The position numbers and the translations under genes were made by a program. Under the pieces are notes generated by a model, which was given only the letters and a program-made list of their open reading frames with translations, was not told the origin of the DNA and did not search any database. 64,000 nucleotides of DNA from an uncultured virus (IMG/VR IMGVR_UViG_3300044642_001197) (taxonomy: Duplodnaviria; Heunggongvirae; Uroviricota; Caudoviricetes): IMG/VR virus record IMGVR_UViG_3300044642_001197, one strand, 5' to 3'. Of the stretch, positions 16,691-26,124 are shown piece by piece; position 1 is the first letter of the stretch, and every line of letters begins with the position of its first letter.

Positions 16691-16719
16691 TGGACAAGCC
16701 CCGTCCTTACTGCTACAGT
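16691..16719 (+). promoter_or_regulatory. sigma70-like promoter, probably giving a leaderless mRNA
   Basis: TGGACA-N17-TACAGT with ATG at 16726. Confidence 0.45.
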
Positions 16720-16725
16720 TTGCCC

Positions 16726-17196
16726 ATGGGTGGACGAAAAGGAACCTCCGGTTGGACAAAGCCTCTCAACGTCGACAAGGAAGCCATTCGGGTTTTCTTG
16801 GCGGAGGGAGGATCGAGTGTCGAAGCGGCCGCAAAATTTGGCGTAGCCGCACCGACAATCCGCGTTTGGTCTTCAAAATATGGTTGGGCCAAAGAGCGGC
16901 AGGCCATTGCAAGGATTCGCAAAGAAGCCGCCAAAGTGGCCGCCACAGAGAAGATTACTCAGTTGGCGGAATCCTGGGCGGAGAAGGGCGAGCGTCACAG
17001 GGAAACCGTGTTTTCCATCGCGGAAAAGGCTTTACAGAATGCCAAGTTACAGGGTCCCAAGACTTGGCGAGATGCCGATATCGTCGACCGGATGGCGCGA
17101 AGGGCCGCCGGTTTGGACAATGGCGAAGGGTCCTCGCCCTTCATCAACATCGGCATCCTGGGACAGACGGACGCGAAGCCCTTCTCAGAAGGGTAG
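16726..17196 (+). CDS. HTH protein, candidate terminase small subunit
   Basis: SVEAAAKFGVAAPTIRVWSSKYGW HTH, then a helical region and a short C-terminal strand (FINIGIL). Confidence 0.55.
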   Translation: MGGRKGTSGWTKPLNVDKEAIRVFLAEGGSSVEAAAKFGVAAPTIRVWSSKYGWAKERQAIARIRKEAAKVAATEKITQLAESWAEKGERHRETVFSIAEKALQNAKLQGPKTWRDADIVDRMARRAAGLDNGEGSSPFINIGILGQTDAKPFSEG

Positions 17197-17670
17197 CCAA
17201 GAGACCGTGTGCCACGCCTTGTGGTAGAAGGTAGGTTTCCCGCCCTCCGGGGTGCGGGAAACGTTGTGCGATGCGAATAGGGGCATGCACACAGCCAAAT
17301 CCACCTTCTGTGGTGCGGTGGTTTCCTTTCCCTGCCACCCCTTGTGCCATCTTGCAGGAAGGGGTGGAAACCCAGCCTTTGCACGTCTCTGGATAAAGGG
17401 GATGCTAACCCCAGCCACAACGGCCGCCCCCAAGGCGAGAAGCGGGGTAGGGAACACCCCAAACACAGCCCGGGCTCCGTGTTCCCGGGCTCCGTGTTCC
17501 CGGGCGAGGGCCCGGATCGACTCCGCCACGTCGGCGGCGTTGTCGTCGATGTTGATTGCCCCAAGGGCCATGCCCTCAGGGATTCCGACAATCTGCCACC
17601 CCATCCGGGCGGCATCGTCGATTTGTTCGGGGGTTGGAGTGTGGCGTGAGAACCAAATTGCATTTTCCAT
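17185..17670 (-). CDS. hypothetical protein
   Basis: From MENAIWFSRH; contains a REHGA duplication. Confidence 0.55.
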   Translation of the reverse strand: MENAIWFSRHTPTPEQIDDAARMGWQIVGIPEGMALGAINIDDNAADVAESIRALAREHGAREHGARAVFGVFPTPLLALGAAVVAGVSIPFIQRRAKAGFPPLPARWHKGWQGKETTAPQKVDLAVCMPLFASHNVSRTPEGGKPTFYHKAWHTVSWLPF

Positions 17671-17714
17671 ACTGGCAAAGCGGGCATTCCACCCGCACGC
17701 CCTTGGAATGAAAG

Positions 17715-17753
17715 AAAAAACCCGCATCTCAAGGGTGAAGATGCGGGTTTTTT
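17715..17753. terminator. bidirectional terminator-like hairpin
   Basis: AAAAAACCCGCATCT...AGATGCGGGTTTTTT. Confidence 0.7.
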
Positions 17754-17825
17754 GTCATGAAGCCGTCCTTACTTTCGACGGCTTCTCTGTGAACCTACGG
17801 GTTTGTGACCCGTAGAAGCTGAGAA

Positions 17826-18314
17826 CTACAGGCTCTTGATTGCGTCAAGAGCGGGGGACGCGGCGACCGCTTCCAAGGCGGCGAGGCGCGCCTTTAGAGC
17901 TTCATTTTCCGCCCGGAGGCGGTCCGCTTCTTTCTCCGCCTTGGAAGCCTTGGCGGACGTTTCCTTGGCGGGTTTCTCCCAAACTACCGCCGTCCGCTTC
18001 GCCCTGTCTTGCGCTACGTTGGCAATCTCCCCCGTCTGAGCGTGTCTCATTGCCATGAGGGCGCCGACTCGGAGAATCGAGACGGCAATCGAGCTTTCGC
18101 TCGACATCTGTTCACGGGCAAGCTGGCCTAGTTTCCTCGCCGACAGGGTAGGATTCAACGCCCGGAGGGCGGTTTTGATTTCAGCAAAGCTCCGCCCTGA
18201 AAGGGCATAGTCATGCCCGATTTCTTCCCCGGATTTGTTAAAGGCGACCGTGCCGGAAACCTGTGTATTCTGGACGGTGGAGAGAACAATTTCAGAGTTT
18301 TCTTGTGTGGTCAT
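17826..18314 (-). CDS. hypothetical protein with a coiled-coil C-terminus
   Basis: From MTTQENSEIV. Confidence 0.6.
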   Translation of the reverse strand: MTTQENSEIVLSTVQNTQVSGTVAFNKSGEEIGHDYALSGRSFAEIKTALRALNPTLSARKLGQLAREQMSSESSIAVSILRVGALMAMRHAQTGEIANVAQDRAKRTAVVWEKPAKETSAKASKAEKEADRLRAENEALKARLAALEAVAASPALDAIKSL

Positions 18315-19538
18315 ATCTGTGTTTTTTTTCTTGCTAGGGATTGCCCCCCTAAGGCGGAAGGCCGGATTCATTCAGGCCTTCTGTGTAGGGGGGGCAGGGG
18401 TTGACGTTGACTCAACGCAATGATTCCCCCGCCCCCGCTAGCTTGAAAAATTCCCGTGGAATTTACGGGATTAGGTGTTTTTGTTCGCGGGGAGTCTCTC
18501 CCCGTATTTCCCTTTTTCTTATGCTCCCTTTCCTTGGCGAGCACGTAGCACAGACAGACTTTCCGTGACGTGACGTTCCCCGGGCTTTTTTCGGTCAAGG
18601 ATACCGTGCCAAGCTGGGGTCATTCACAAGGCACCCGCTTGGCATGTTGAGCGGTGCCGTGTCTGTCTGCTAACCTTTCAAAGAACATGCGAGCGGTTTG
18701 CCCCGTCTCGACAACCATTCCCCCTCACCCTTAGTCAGGCCGATGGAGAGCCCGGCCTTTGCCTTAGATTGGACGCCCGCGCGGTTTCTTTCCCCCGCGC
18801 GCCCATGCCCACCCCCGGTGGGGGCGCGCCCGCGCGTTACGCGCGAGGGGCGGCGTTTAATACCCCTCGAAAAATTTTTTTGCCCAAAAAACCCGGGGTC
18901 TGGGCGCAGGACGGCTTACTGGGCCGGCTCAGGAAGCCCTGACGCCGCTCACAGGCTGCCCCAGGATTGCGTTTGATGCGTTTCTGGGGTCTGGACCGCG
19001 GAAAAAGGGTCTCAGAGGCCGTGGCGGGGGCGAATAACACGCCGAACGGCGCTGTAACGGCTCGGAAGGCGGGGGGAGCAGGGCCGGGAGCCTGGGGCGA
19101 GGGATCATCCCGAAACAGATTTCGGGATCACAGGGCGGCCCGCCCCTATGGCGAAGGGCCAGGGGTTCCCCCGGACGATCTCAAACCCGAGAAAACGCCC
19201 CAAAAATCGCATCCCCACTTCTATAAGTGGGGAGTGGGGTCGGGATGGAGATGCACCCCAATCTCGCGAACCTTTACCAGCAAATGATCCGATGATGATT
19301 AGTGGGGAAAGTGGGGTTATTTAAAGTAGTGTAGTAAAGTAATATATATATAGGGATTCGGGCGGTCTCCCGCCGCCGCGGCGCCGCCGCCACGCTCCGG
19401 GTAGGGTTGGAAACCAAACCCCACTTCCCCACTTCCCAACTTTTGCTTTTGTAAATCGCACAAAATCAACGCTTTAGAAAAAGGGGGGTTCAGGGGAGGG
19501 GGATTTTCGACCCCAAAACCCCCCTTTCTCTCAAAAAC

Positions 19539-19574
19539 GAGAACGGGACCCCGGTCGCCCGGAATCCCGTTCTC
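19539..19574 (-). terminator. terminator downstream of the primase-helicase
   Basis: GAGAACGGGA...TCCCGTTCTC then GTTTTT on the minus strand. Confidence 0.6.
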
Positions 19575-19613
19575 AGAAACCCTGTTTCCTGTAGTATGAA
19601 CTAGCCTAACCCT

Positions 19614-21734
19614 TTACGCTGCACCCACGTCCAAGTCGATGTGGTAGCTCGACATCCCATCAATGAGCGCCACCTTCACCAATGGAGCGTAAGCCTTTTG
19701 CCTGAATAGTTTTCGGAGTTCGCGACCGAACGACACCGGCGAATAACCCTTCAAAAGTGCGTCCGCCGACACCACCGTCGCCCGAATCGCACCCATCAGT
19801 CCCGTGGCCGTGTATTTCACCACCCGGTCACCCGTAGCCACCGCCCTTTCGCCCTCTCTCCACAGCTCCAGGATCTCCCGCATCGTCGCCGAGGCCCCGC
19901 TCTCCTTCGCCGCGTGAGACATATCCGGGTGTTTATAGGCCACCACCCCGAACCTCGCCGATCCCCTGACCTCCGCCGGGGGCACCCATTGCCTTAGCCA
20001 CGCCAAAAAGAACGGCAGCTCGTCGGCCACCATTGCCTCCTGTTCGTGGTTCGGGAGGAATTTCGGCCTCCACGAGCCGAACTTGAACATCAGGATCTTG
20101 TCCGAGAAGGTATTGTCCAAGGGCGGCAGGATCGCCATGGAATCCGGGTCCGTGTTACAGGTCAGCACGATCCGCCCGCGCCAGGGTAACTCCACCGAGT
20201 CGCGGAACTTCGGGTGATACGACACCGTGGGGTTCGCCACGTGCCGTTTGAGGGTCTCACCGAACCGGCGCCAATCGGCCTGAGTCGCCGTGGAAGTCCC
20301 GTCGTCGATTCGCCAGATCGCATTTTCCGCCGCCTGCTTGTTAAAATCCGTCTTCCCCTGCAGCAAACTACTCGCGTCCACAGAACCTCCGAGCGCCGCG
20401 CCAATGATACACCGGCTCAGAAACGTCTTCCCTTGCCCTGGCTCCCCGGCGATCGCCATCATTTGCCCCTGCTGGAGTTGTTTTGCCCGAGCCGACTCCC
20501 AGAGTCGCTTGAACCAAGCAAGGAAGTAATCCAGTTGCGAGAACCCGTTGTAAGGGGAATCGTCGAAGATATTCGCCAGGAACTCCCGAATCCACGGAAA
20601 CCGGTCCGGGTCCGCCACGTCGGCCTCCGCCATCGCCTCCTTGCGCCCGATGTTGAGGGTTCGCTCCCCGTTAATGTCCACCAGTTCCTGGGTTTCAAAC
20701 AAGAGGGGCGCCGCCATGCCCACCGATCGGGACGCCTGGACCGCGCAGAGCACCATCTCCGCTTGCGACGCGTGCGATTTCTGGGTCGCCTTGTTACTCA
20801 CCCCCAGAACTTTGAGGTGCATGATCGAATCTTCCTTGGTCCGGGGAATCCACGACCCATCCACATCCCACCAATACACCTTGCCGTCATACCAGAGGTT
20901 GTCCACGAACGCGCCGATGTGTGCCGCCTCCCACTTTTGCACGAACCCTTTGCCCAGAATATCGCCCCACGGCAAAAATCCGGCCTCGGCTCGGGACGAA
21001 TAACACACCATCCCCAAGTCCCCGACCTGACAACCCACCCGGGTAACCCCATCGTTGACCCAGAACAGCGGGCCCCGGGCGCCCACCTCAAACTTCCCCG
21101 GCCACCGCCCCGGGAATTGCCGCTCAACCTCCGCCGCGACCTCCTCGATCGGGATCGACGCGCCCTCGAACTTCACCGTCTTGGCGCACGCGGCCTGCAG
21201 CACCCACAAACCAGCCAAGTCGCTCGGTAACGGGGCACCCATCGGTTGCCAATCCGTGCCCGCTTCCCAGAGTTGCTTGAGTTCAAAGGACGCGTCATCG
21301 AGCCCCGGCAACAGGGCCTTGAGCTTCAACTCTTTTGAAGCGACCCGCATAAACCTCTCCGCAAGCTGCTTGTTGTCGCACAGGATGGGTTCGTCCAGTT
21401 CCCAGATCAACCGGGCCCCGCCGGAGAACGTCCGGGTGGTCCAGGTCGGCGGCAATGGGGCGTTGGTTGCCACGTCCAGGAGCATCTGGTCGGTGATCGC
21501 CGCGTCGTAGTCCACCACCAACCCGTGCAAGAGCTTGGCCGGGTTGGCTTCGCTGACACGCAGGGACGGGATCAACCCCTCGACGGCGCTGTAGAATGTG
21601 TGTTGGGTGGCGGGGTCCGCGCACCATTTGCGGAACGCCTCCTTGTCCTTGAACACCGGCCGGGTCACCGCCAACGGGCAGTTGGACCGGGTGGTCTGTT
21701 GGGACGCCAAGTTTGGTAGAACGAAAATCTGCAT
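19614..21734 (-). CDS. primase-helicase (AEP/PrimPol-like N-terminus, P-loop helicase C-terminus)
   Basis: VVDYD and TFSGG in the N-terminal part; Walker A GEPGQGKT, WRIDD, TCN. Confidence 0.75.
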   Translation of the reverse strand: MQIFVLPNLASQQTTRSNCPLAVTRPVFKDKEAFRKWCADPATQHTFYSAVEGLIPSLRVSEANPAKLLHGLVVDYDAAITDQMLLDVATNAPLPPTWTTRTFSGGARLIWELDEPILCDNKQLAERFMRVASKELKLKALLPGLDDASFELKQLWEAGTDWQPMGAPLPSDLAGLWVLQAACAKTVKFEGASIPIEEVAAEVERQFPGRWPGKFEVGARGPLFWVNDGVTRVGCQVGDLGMVCYSSRAEAGFLPWGDILGKGFVQKWEAAHIGAFVDNLWYDGKVYWWDVDGSWIPRTKEDSIMHLKVLGVSNKATQKSHASQAEMVLCAVQASRSVGMAAPLLFETQELVDINGERTLNIGRKEAMAEADVADPDRFPWIREFLANIFDDSPYNGFSQLDYFLAWFKRLWESARAKQLQQGQMMAIAGEPGQGKTFLSRCIIGAALGGSVDASSLLQGKTDFNKQAAENAIWRIDDGTSTATQADWRRFGETLKRHVANPTVSYHPKFRDSVELPWRGRIVLTCNTDPDSMAILPPLDNTFSDKILMFKFGSWRPKFLPNHEQEAMVADELPFFLAWLRQWVPPAEVRGSARFGVVAYKHPDMSHAAKESGASATMREILELWREGERAVATGDRVVKYTATGLMGAIRATVVSADALLKGYSPVSFGRELRKLFRQKAYAPLVKVALIDGMSSYHIDLDVGAA

Positions 21735-21765
21735 CGGCTAATTTTGTGTAGGGGTGGCTGCGGGG

Positions 21766-24700
21766 TTATTTCGTGTAGACTTTGCAAACATGCGCCTCGG
21801 CGGCCTGTGGCAGCGTGGGCATCCATGCGGGAGGCGTGCTCATGATTTTTTCGATGGCGGTGCGAGCGGCCTCCGCCGTCGCCTCGTCGACGAGGCACAC
21901 CGCTTCATCGTGCGCGTGCAGGATCAGCGGGAAACCGGCGGCTTCCAGCCGCAGCGCGCAGTCGCCAAACACATCGCGGGCAACGGCTTGGCAGCAGTTG
22001 TGGGCTATGAGAACCGGCATCCCAGGCCCGCCGCGGACAGCGAATTGATGCCGCGGGCCACAATTCACTAAGTCGTAAACCGGTTGGTAACGTCGATCGG
22101 AGTGCCCAGCACTTGCTCCCAACTCAACCCCCGTTGCAGTCGGTAACCGATGGTGGAGCGGGGGATACCCATCTTGGCAGCCAGCTCCCGCCAGTTCTCT
22201 GGGAGCCCCCATCGGACAACCCAGTTGTTCCTTTTGTTCCTGCAGTTCGTTCGGCGGGATACCCAGCGGCAATTCTGAGCTGAGTAGCCCAGCTCGTTGT
22301 TCGCCCGGTCCAAGTCCAACCCCGGAAGGTATGAAGGACCCATATCGCGCCAAAACGCGTCGAACGAGAGCCACTCCGGCGCGACTCGAATGCCACGCCC
22401 CCCGTAGTTCTTGTAAGCCTTGTGGGTGGGGTTGTTGCAGCGGGCCAGCATACTGCTCCACACGGCGAACGCCGGGTGCCGAGACATCCCATGGGTAGTT
22501 CGCTTTTGTCTCAGGTTGGCGCGGGCCAGTGGGCACTGCCTTCGACAATATGTTTGCCTTCCCCGACGGAGATCCGCTGCTGAGACCGTTGTTTGCGAAC
22601 CACAAGCGCAGCGAACCAACCACAACCTTTTGCAACCGTTTGAACCGGCTGGGGACAACACCCTCAGGTTCCCGAACGTCTGACCGGATATATTTATTGG
22701 AGTAACCATGGTGTAGTCTTGTTAACTTGTCCAAGTGGTTAATGCAACCCGCTTCAACCCAAGAAACACCGTCTGATCCTAGGAATTTATGGTCCGCCGT
22801 GGCGCGCACACCCCCCACGTCCACGGTGGGGTGCTTACCTTTATACACAAGCCCATCGTGTTGCACCCACTCCGCGCCGTCCCACACTACGTCGTCGTCT
22901 TTGATGCGATTCATCGGAATCCAACCTCTCGGGGTCAACACCTCTGTATCCCCGGACAGGCAGTTCTCCGTGAGCACGCCCCCGTGGTAGGAGACCCGCA
23001 TCAGCTTGCCCATGCGCGGCGTCTCCGCGCTCAGGCCACCGTGGTTCTTTGGATTCCTGTAACGCAGCACCCGGCCACTGGGCAGCTCAAGGGTAAATTC
23101 CTTGGAGCCGCAGCTCTTCCGGAACAACTCCTCCAGCATCGCCCAGAGCCCGGTCACCGCGTCGTTGCTTTCCCGGTATCCGCGCACCTGCGCCTCGGAG
23201 TTGACCCAGTAGGCCTTCTCCTTGGGCGGCATCTTCTGGAATTGCTCGGTGAGCACGCGCCCGTCGCGGAGCCGCTTGGTGAGGTTCTGCTGGAACCCGC
23301 GGATCTGGCCCGCCGTGACCGGGGCACCGAACACCGCTTCGTAGGTCTTCGCCGGGAGCATCTGCTTGGCGAACGTGACAAATTTCAACCAGCCGCAACC
23401 ATAGGACAGCCCGAGCACACGGGCCTTTGCCAACCGGCGCAGCTCGCCATCGACATCCTTGAGCGGGCGCGGGTCGTTGTAACCCATCGTCGACCTTGCG
23501 TGTGCCTCGTACATATCCACGCCCGTGCGCAGGGTATTGAGCGTCGGGCCGTCCCCGGCCAGCACCGCCATGACGCGCGGTTCGATGTTTGCAAGGTCAC
23601 AGACCACCAGCAACTTGCCTTCCGGCGCCACGATCCGCTTACGCAGGTCCACGTAACCCGCGACCCCCTGCGGGAGCGCCTCCTTTTTCTTCACCGCCGT
23701 CTTGGCGGCTTCAATCACATCCGGGTGCTCAATCACCCCGCCACCGCTAAAAAACGTCGCGTCCCTTGGTAGGTTTTGGCAGTTACCAGTAACGTGGATT
23801 CGGTCGTGGTAACGGACTAGGAACATTCCCGACGGCACCTGCGGGCAGAATACTTTTCCGCAGTAGGAAACCTCTCGGACATCACGCTCCGGGGTGATGT
23901 GGCTTTGTGAGCCTGCCTCCTTGAAATACACATCCCACCGGTGCTTGTAGAGGTTGAGTGAAACTGTTAGCCCGTGTAGGTGCGCGAGGGTTACGACCCA
24001 TTCGGCCTGCTCACGTTCAGCGGAGTAGAAGATAGTCGCGCCGCTATTCTGGTGGGTTGAGCCGTCCCAGTGTTGGAGTTCGTCGAGCACCACCAACGCC
24101 TGCCTGTGGGAGAGATCCATTACCCACGTTGAAAAACCCTTGGTCATCCATTCGGGCCGGTCGGCCGACTTCACGTAGTAGTGAGTGACCCCATTCGGCG
24201 AGACCGTTTCAGAATACGGGCAACGGATTTCAGCCAGAAGGGCCCGAAGTCTCTCTATTTTACGCATCTTCTTGAAACCGAAAGACACGCGCCCCTTCTG
24301 GTTAATGCTACCATCAGCCGCCAGCGCGACAAGAAACGCCAGTTCCGCGTCGCTTCGCTCCATACCACATTCATCGAAGACGCCGCTCGTCGGAATCCGG
24401 CTCAGCCGGGAACCAACCAAAGACCTCGCAGGACGCTCCGCGAGCTGGTCCTTGCTGTTGAAGTGCACCACACGGTGGTCGGGGGTTGCCTTGATCCGAA
24501 CTCTCGCGTTGTCCACGACGATCATCGTTCCGCTGTGCTGGTGGGATACTTTTCCGGCGCGGACGAACGATAATCGACCGGTGGGTTCCCATTGCATGAT
24601 GGGCGAGAGTTTTTCGTCCCATACATCAATTCGAACCCACCCATCCGGGGTCAGAACCTCGTGATCCCCAGTGACGCAGTTAAATCCCTCGGCGCCGCTC

Positions 24701-25620
24701 CACCGTCCGGTGTGCGCCCCGTGGTATTTCAGCGAGTAAGGCATCCACCCGTCCTCTTTGGTGCGGCGTTGCACGGTGCGGAATTTCTGCAGCATCGTGT
24801 TGATCCGCCGGTAGTGGCCCATGGCCGCTGCGAACGGTAGCCGCGACCCGTGTTCCTCCAACCACGCGTCGAACTCCTCAGAATCCTTGGCCAGGGATTT
24901 CGGGGGTTCCACCCCGTGTTTCCGGCACTCGGCGGCCATCGCCTTGGGACTGAGCACCTTTGCGTCGTCGCCCTCCGCCCACGGAATCCGTTTCCGGCAT
25001 TCCCAGAGCTGCAGCTCCAGTAGTCGCACATCCTCATCCACACCCGCCTTGTCGATGGGCAGCCCCTTCCAGCACATCTCCCGGGTGTGGGTCGAGAGTT
25101 TGCGCTCCCACTCCGGCCATTTCGAGCCGTGCTCGCGCCAGATCCGCAGACACAGCTCCGAGTCCTTGAGCGCGTAATCCTGCACCTCCTTGCGGAACTC
25201 CGGGGTCATCGACTCCCAGGACTTGCCTTTCATGCCGTCCCGCACGTCCTTGGAAATCTCCAGGCTAAAGAGCGACGCGCAGGCGTTCTTCAAGCTGCGC
25301 GGCAGCCCGAGATACACCACGAGGTCCGCCGTGTCGTACCACTCCGCAGGGGCCACATGCCCGGCGATCACTCCGAGTTCTTGGAGCCGCAAAGTCACAG
25401 CTTGGTCGAACGTCGCGTTGTGCGACACCCACACCTGACCGTGGATGCAGTCCCAATCAAAATCTTTTGGGGAACCCACGAACGAGTTCCCATCGTCCCC
25501 GACGATCGACACCATGTAGGCGTCAAATTCCGGGTGATGCGTGTAACCCCAGTTCCCAAGGTCCACGATCGAGTAGTCCTTGGAGTAGTAGGTTTCAAAA
25601 TCGACGGCGTAAGTCTTCAT
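21766..25620 (-). CDS. family A DNA polymerase with two inteins
   Basis: Exonuclease motifs DFET, HNATFD, YALKD; HTGRWS; motif A DLANIEPR; motif B R..AK...LGLSYG; motif C HDE. Confidence 0.92.
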   Translation of the reverse strand: MKTYAVDFETYYSKDYSIVDLGNWGYTHHPEFDAYMVSIVGDDGNSFVGSPKDFDWDCIHGQVWVSHNATFDQAVTLRLQELGVIAGHVAPAEWYDTADLVVYLGLPRSLKNACASLFSLEISKDVRDGMKGKSWESMTPEFRKEVQDYALKDSELCLRIWREHGSKWPEWERKLSTHTREMCWKGLPIDKAGVDEDVRLLELQLWECRKRIPWAEGDDAKVLSPKAMAAECRKHGVEPPKSLAKDSEEFDAWLEEHGSRLPFAAAMGHYRRINTMLQKFRTVQRRTKEDGWMPYSLKYHGAHTGRWSGAEGFNCVTGDHEVLTPDGWVRIDVWDEKLSPIMQWEPTGRLSFVRAGKVSHQHSGTMIVVDNARVRIKATPDHRVVHFNSKDQLAERPARSLVGSRLSRIPTSGVFDECGMERSDAELAFLVALAADGSINQKGRVSFGFKKMRKIERLRALLAEIRCPYSETVSPNGVTHYYVKSADRPEWMTKGFSTWVMDLSHRQALVVLDELQHWDGSTHQNSGATIFYSAEREQAEWVVTLAHLHGLTVSLNLYKHRWDVYFKEAGSQSHITPERDVREVSYCGKVFCPQVPSGMFLVRYHDRIHVTGNCQNLPRDATFFSGGGVIEHPDVIEAAKTAVKKKEALPQGVAGYVDLRKRIVAPEGKLLVVCDLANIEPRVMAVLAGDGPTLNTLRTGVDMYEAHARSTMGYNDPRPLKDVDGELRRLAKARVLGLSYGCGWLKFVTFAKQMLPAKTYEAVFGAPVTAGQIRGFQQNLTKRLRDGRVLTEQFQKMPPKEKAYWVNSEAQVRGYRESNDAVTGLWAMLEELFRKSCGSKEFTLELPSGRVLRYRNPKNHGGLSAETPRMGKLMRVSYHGGVLTENCLSGDTEVLTPRGWIPMNRIKDDDVVWDGAEWVQHDGLVYKGKHPTVDVGGVRATADHKFLGSDGVSWVEAGCINHLDKLTRLHHGYSNKYIRSDVREPEGVVPSRFKRLQKVVVGSLRLWFANNGLSSGSPSGKANILSKAVPTGPRQPETKANYPWDVSAPGVRRVEQYAGPLQQPHPQGLQELRGAWHSSRAGVALVRRVLARYGSFIPSGVGLGPGEQRAGLLSSELPLGIPPNELQEQKEQLGCPMGAPRELAGAGCQDGYPPLHHRLPTATGVELGASAGHSDRRYQPVYDLVNCGPRHQFAVRGGPGMPVLIAHNCCQAVARDVFGDCALRLEAAGFPLILHAHDEAVCLVDEATAEAARTAIEKIMSTPPAWMPTLPQAAEAHVCKVYTK
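21997..22962 (-). mobile_element. intein 2 of the DNA polymerase (322 aa)
   Basis: TEN|CLSGDTEVLT...TADH...VYDL...IAHN|CCQAVARD. Confidence 0.88.
22068..22709 (-). CDS. HNH homing endonuclease nested out of frame inside intein 2
   Basis: GQTFGNL.V, W..RCACG, HGMS, W.SM..RC, YGGRGI, LDR.NN..GY...NCRW...N..N. Confidence 0.85.
   Translation of the reverse strand: MVTPINISGQTFGNLRVLSPAGSNGCKRLWLVRCACGSQTTVSAADLRRGRQTYCRRQCPLARANLRQKRTTHGMSRHPAFAVWSSMLARCNNPTHKAYKNYGGRGIRVAPEWLSFDAFWRDMGPSYLPGLDLDRANNELGYSAQNCRWVSRRTNCRNKRNNWVVRWGLPENWRELAAKMGIPRSTIGYRLQRGLSWEQVLGTPIDVTNRFTT
23782..24678 (-). mobile_element. intein 1 of the DNA polymerase with LAGLIDADG domain (299 aa)
   Basis: GFN|CVTGDHEVLT...TPDH...LAADGS...HWDGS...VTGN|CQNLPR. 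Confidence 0.88.
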
Positions 25621-25754
25621 TTGAAAGAAAAGAGGGGGCGGGCAGTAATCAACAAGGTCAGCCCGAGCGGCCTACGCCCGTGGAGCCCTCACGACTCCGA
25701 GACCCGTCCGGAGGCTTCCTCCGGCTCTACGCTACCCGCCCCCAAATTTTTACT

Positions 25755-26123
25755 TTATGCGGGCCAAACTCCCTCGTGGCAGAGCGCCCCGATGAGCCCG
25801 TAGTTTGAAAGATCCATCCACGTATCCCTCACTGACTCGTGGTTAGGTTTGCCGGGCGATTTGCTGAGGTTTTTCAACCGCTCAATCTTGTCGCTCGCGC
25901 GCACCAACACGCCATACTCACCAAAGGCGCTGATGTTGCCGCTGCCGTAGTCCAACTGCTTGCTGTCTAGCAACTTCACGTTTTGGACTGCCAGATTTAA
26001 CGCAGCCTTGCCCATCTTTGTGCGCAGGCCTAACGCCTCGGCCAGACGCGCCAAAGCGGCGTCGGTTTTGGTGGGGTCCTGCAGATCAAAAACAAATTGT
26101 TCGCTCATGGGTGGTTTAGTCAA
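25755..26123 (-). CDS. nucleotide-modification-associated domain protein (DUF1599/Nmad1-like)
   Basis: K..DYG.....G...R..DK..RL.NL...ES..DT..DL.NY pattern. Confidence 0.7.
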   Translation of the reverse strand: MTKPPMSEQFVFDLQDPTKTDAALARLAEALGLRTKMGKAALNLAVQNVKLLDSKQLDYGSGNISAFGEYGVLVRASDKIERLKNLSKSPGKPNHESVRDTWMDLSNYGLIGALCHEGVWPA

Positions 26124-26124
26124 C

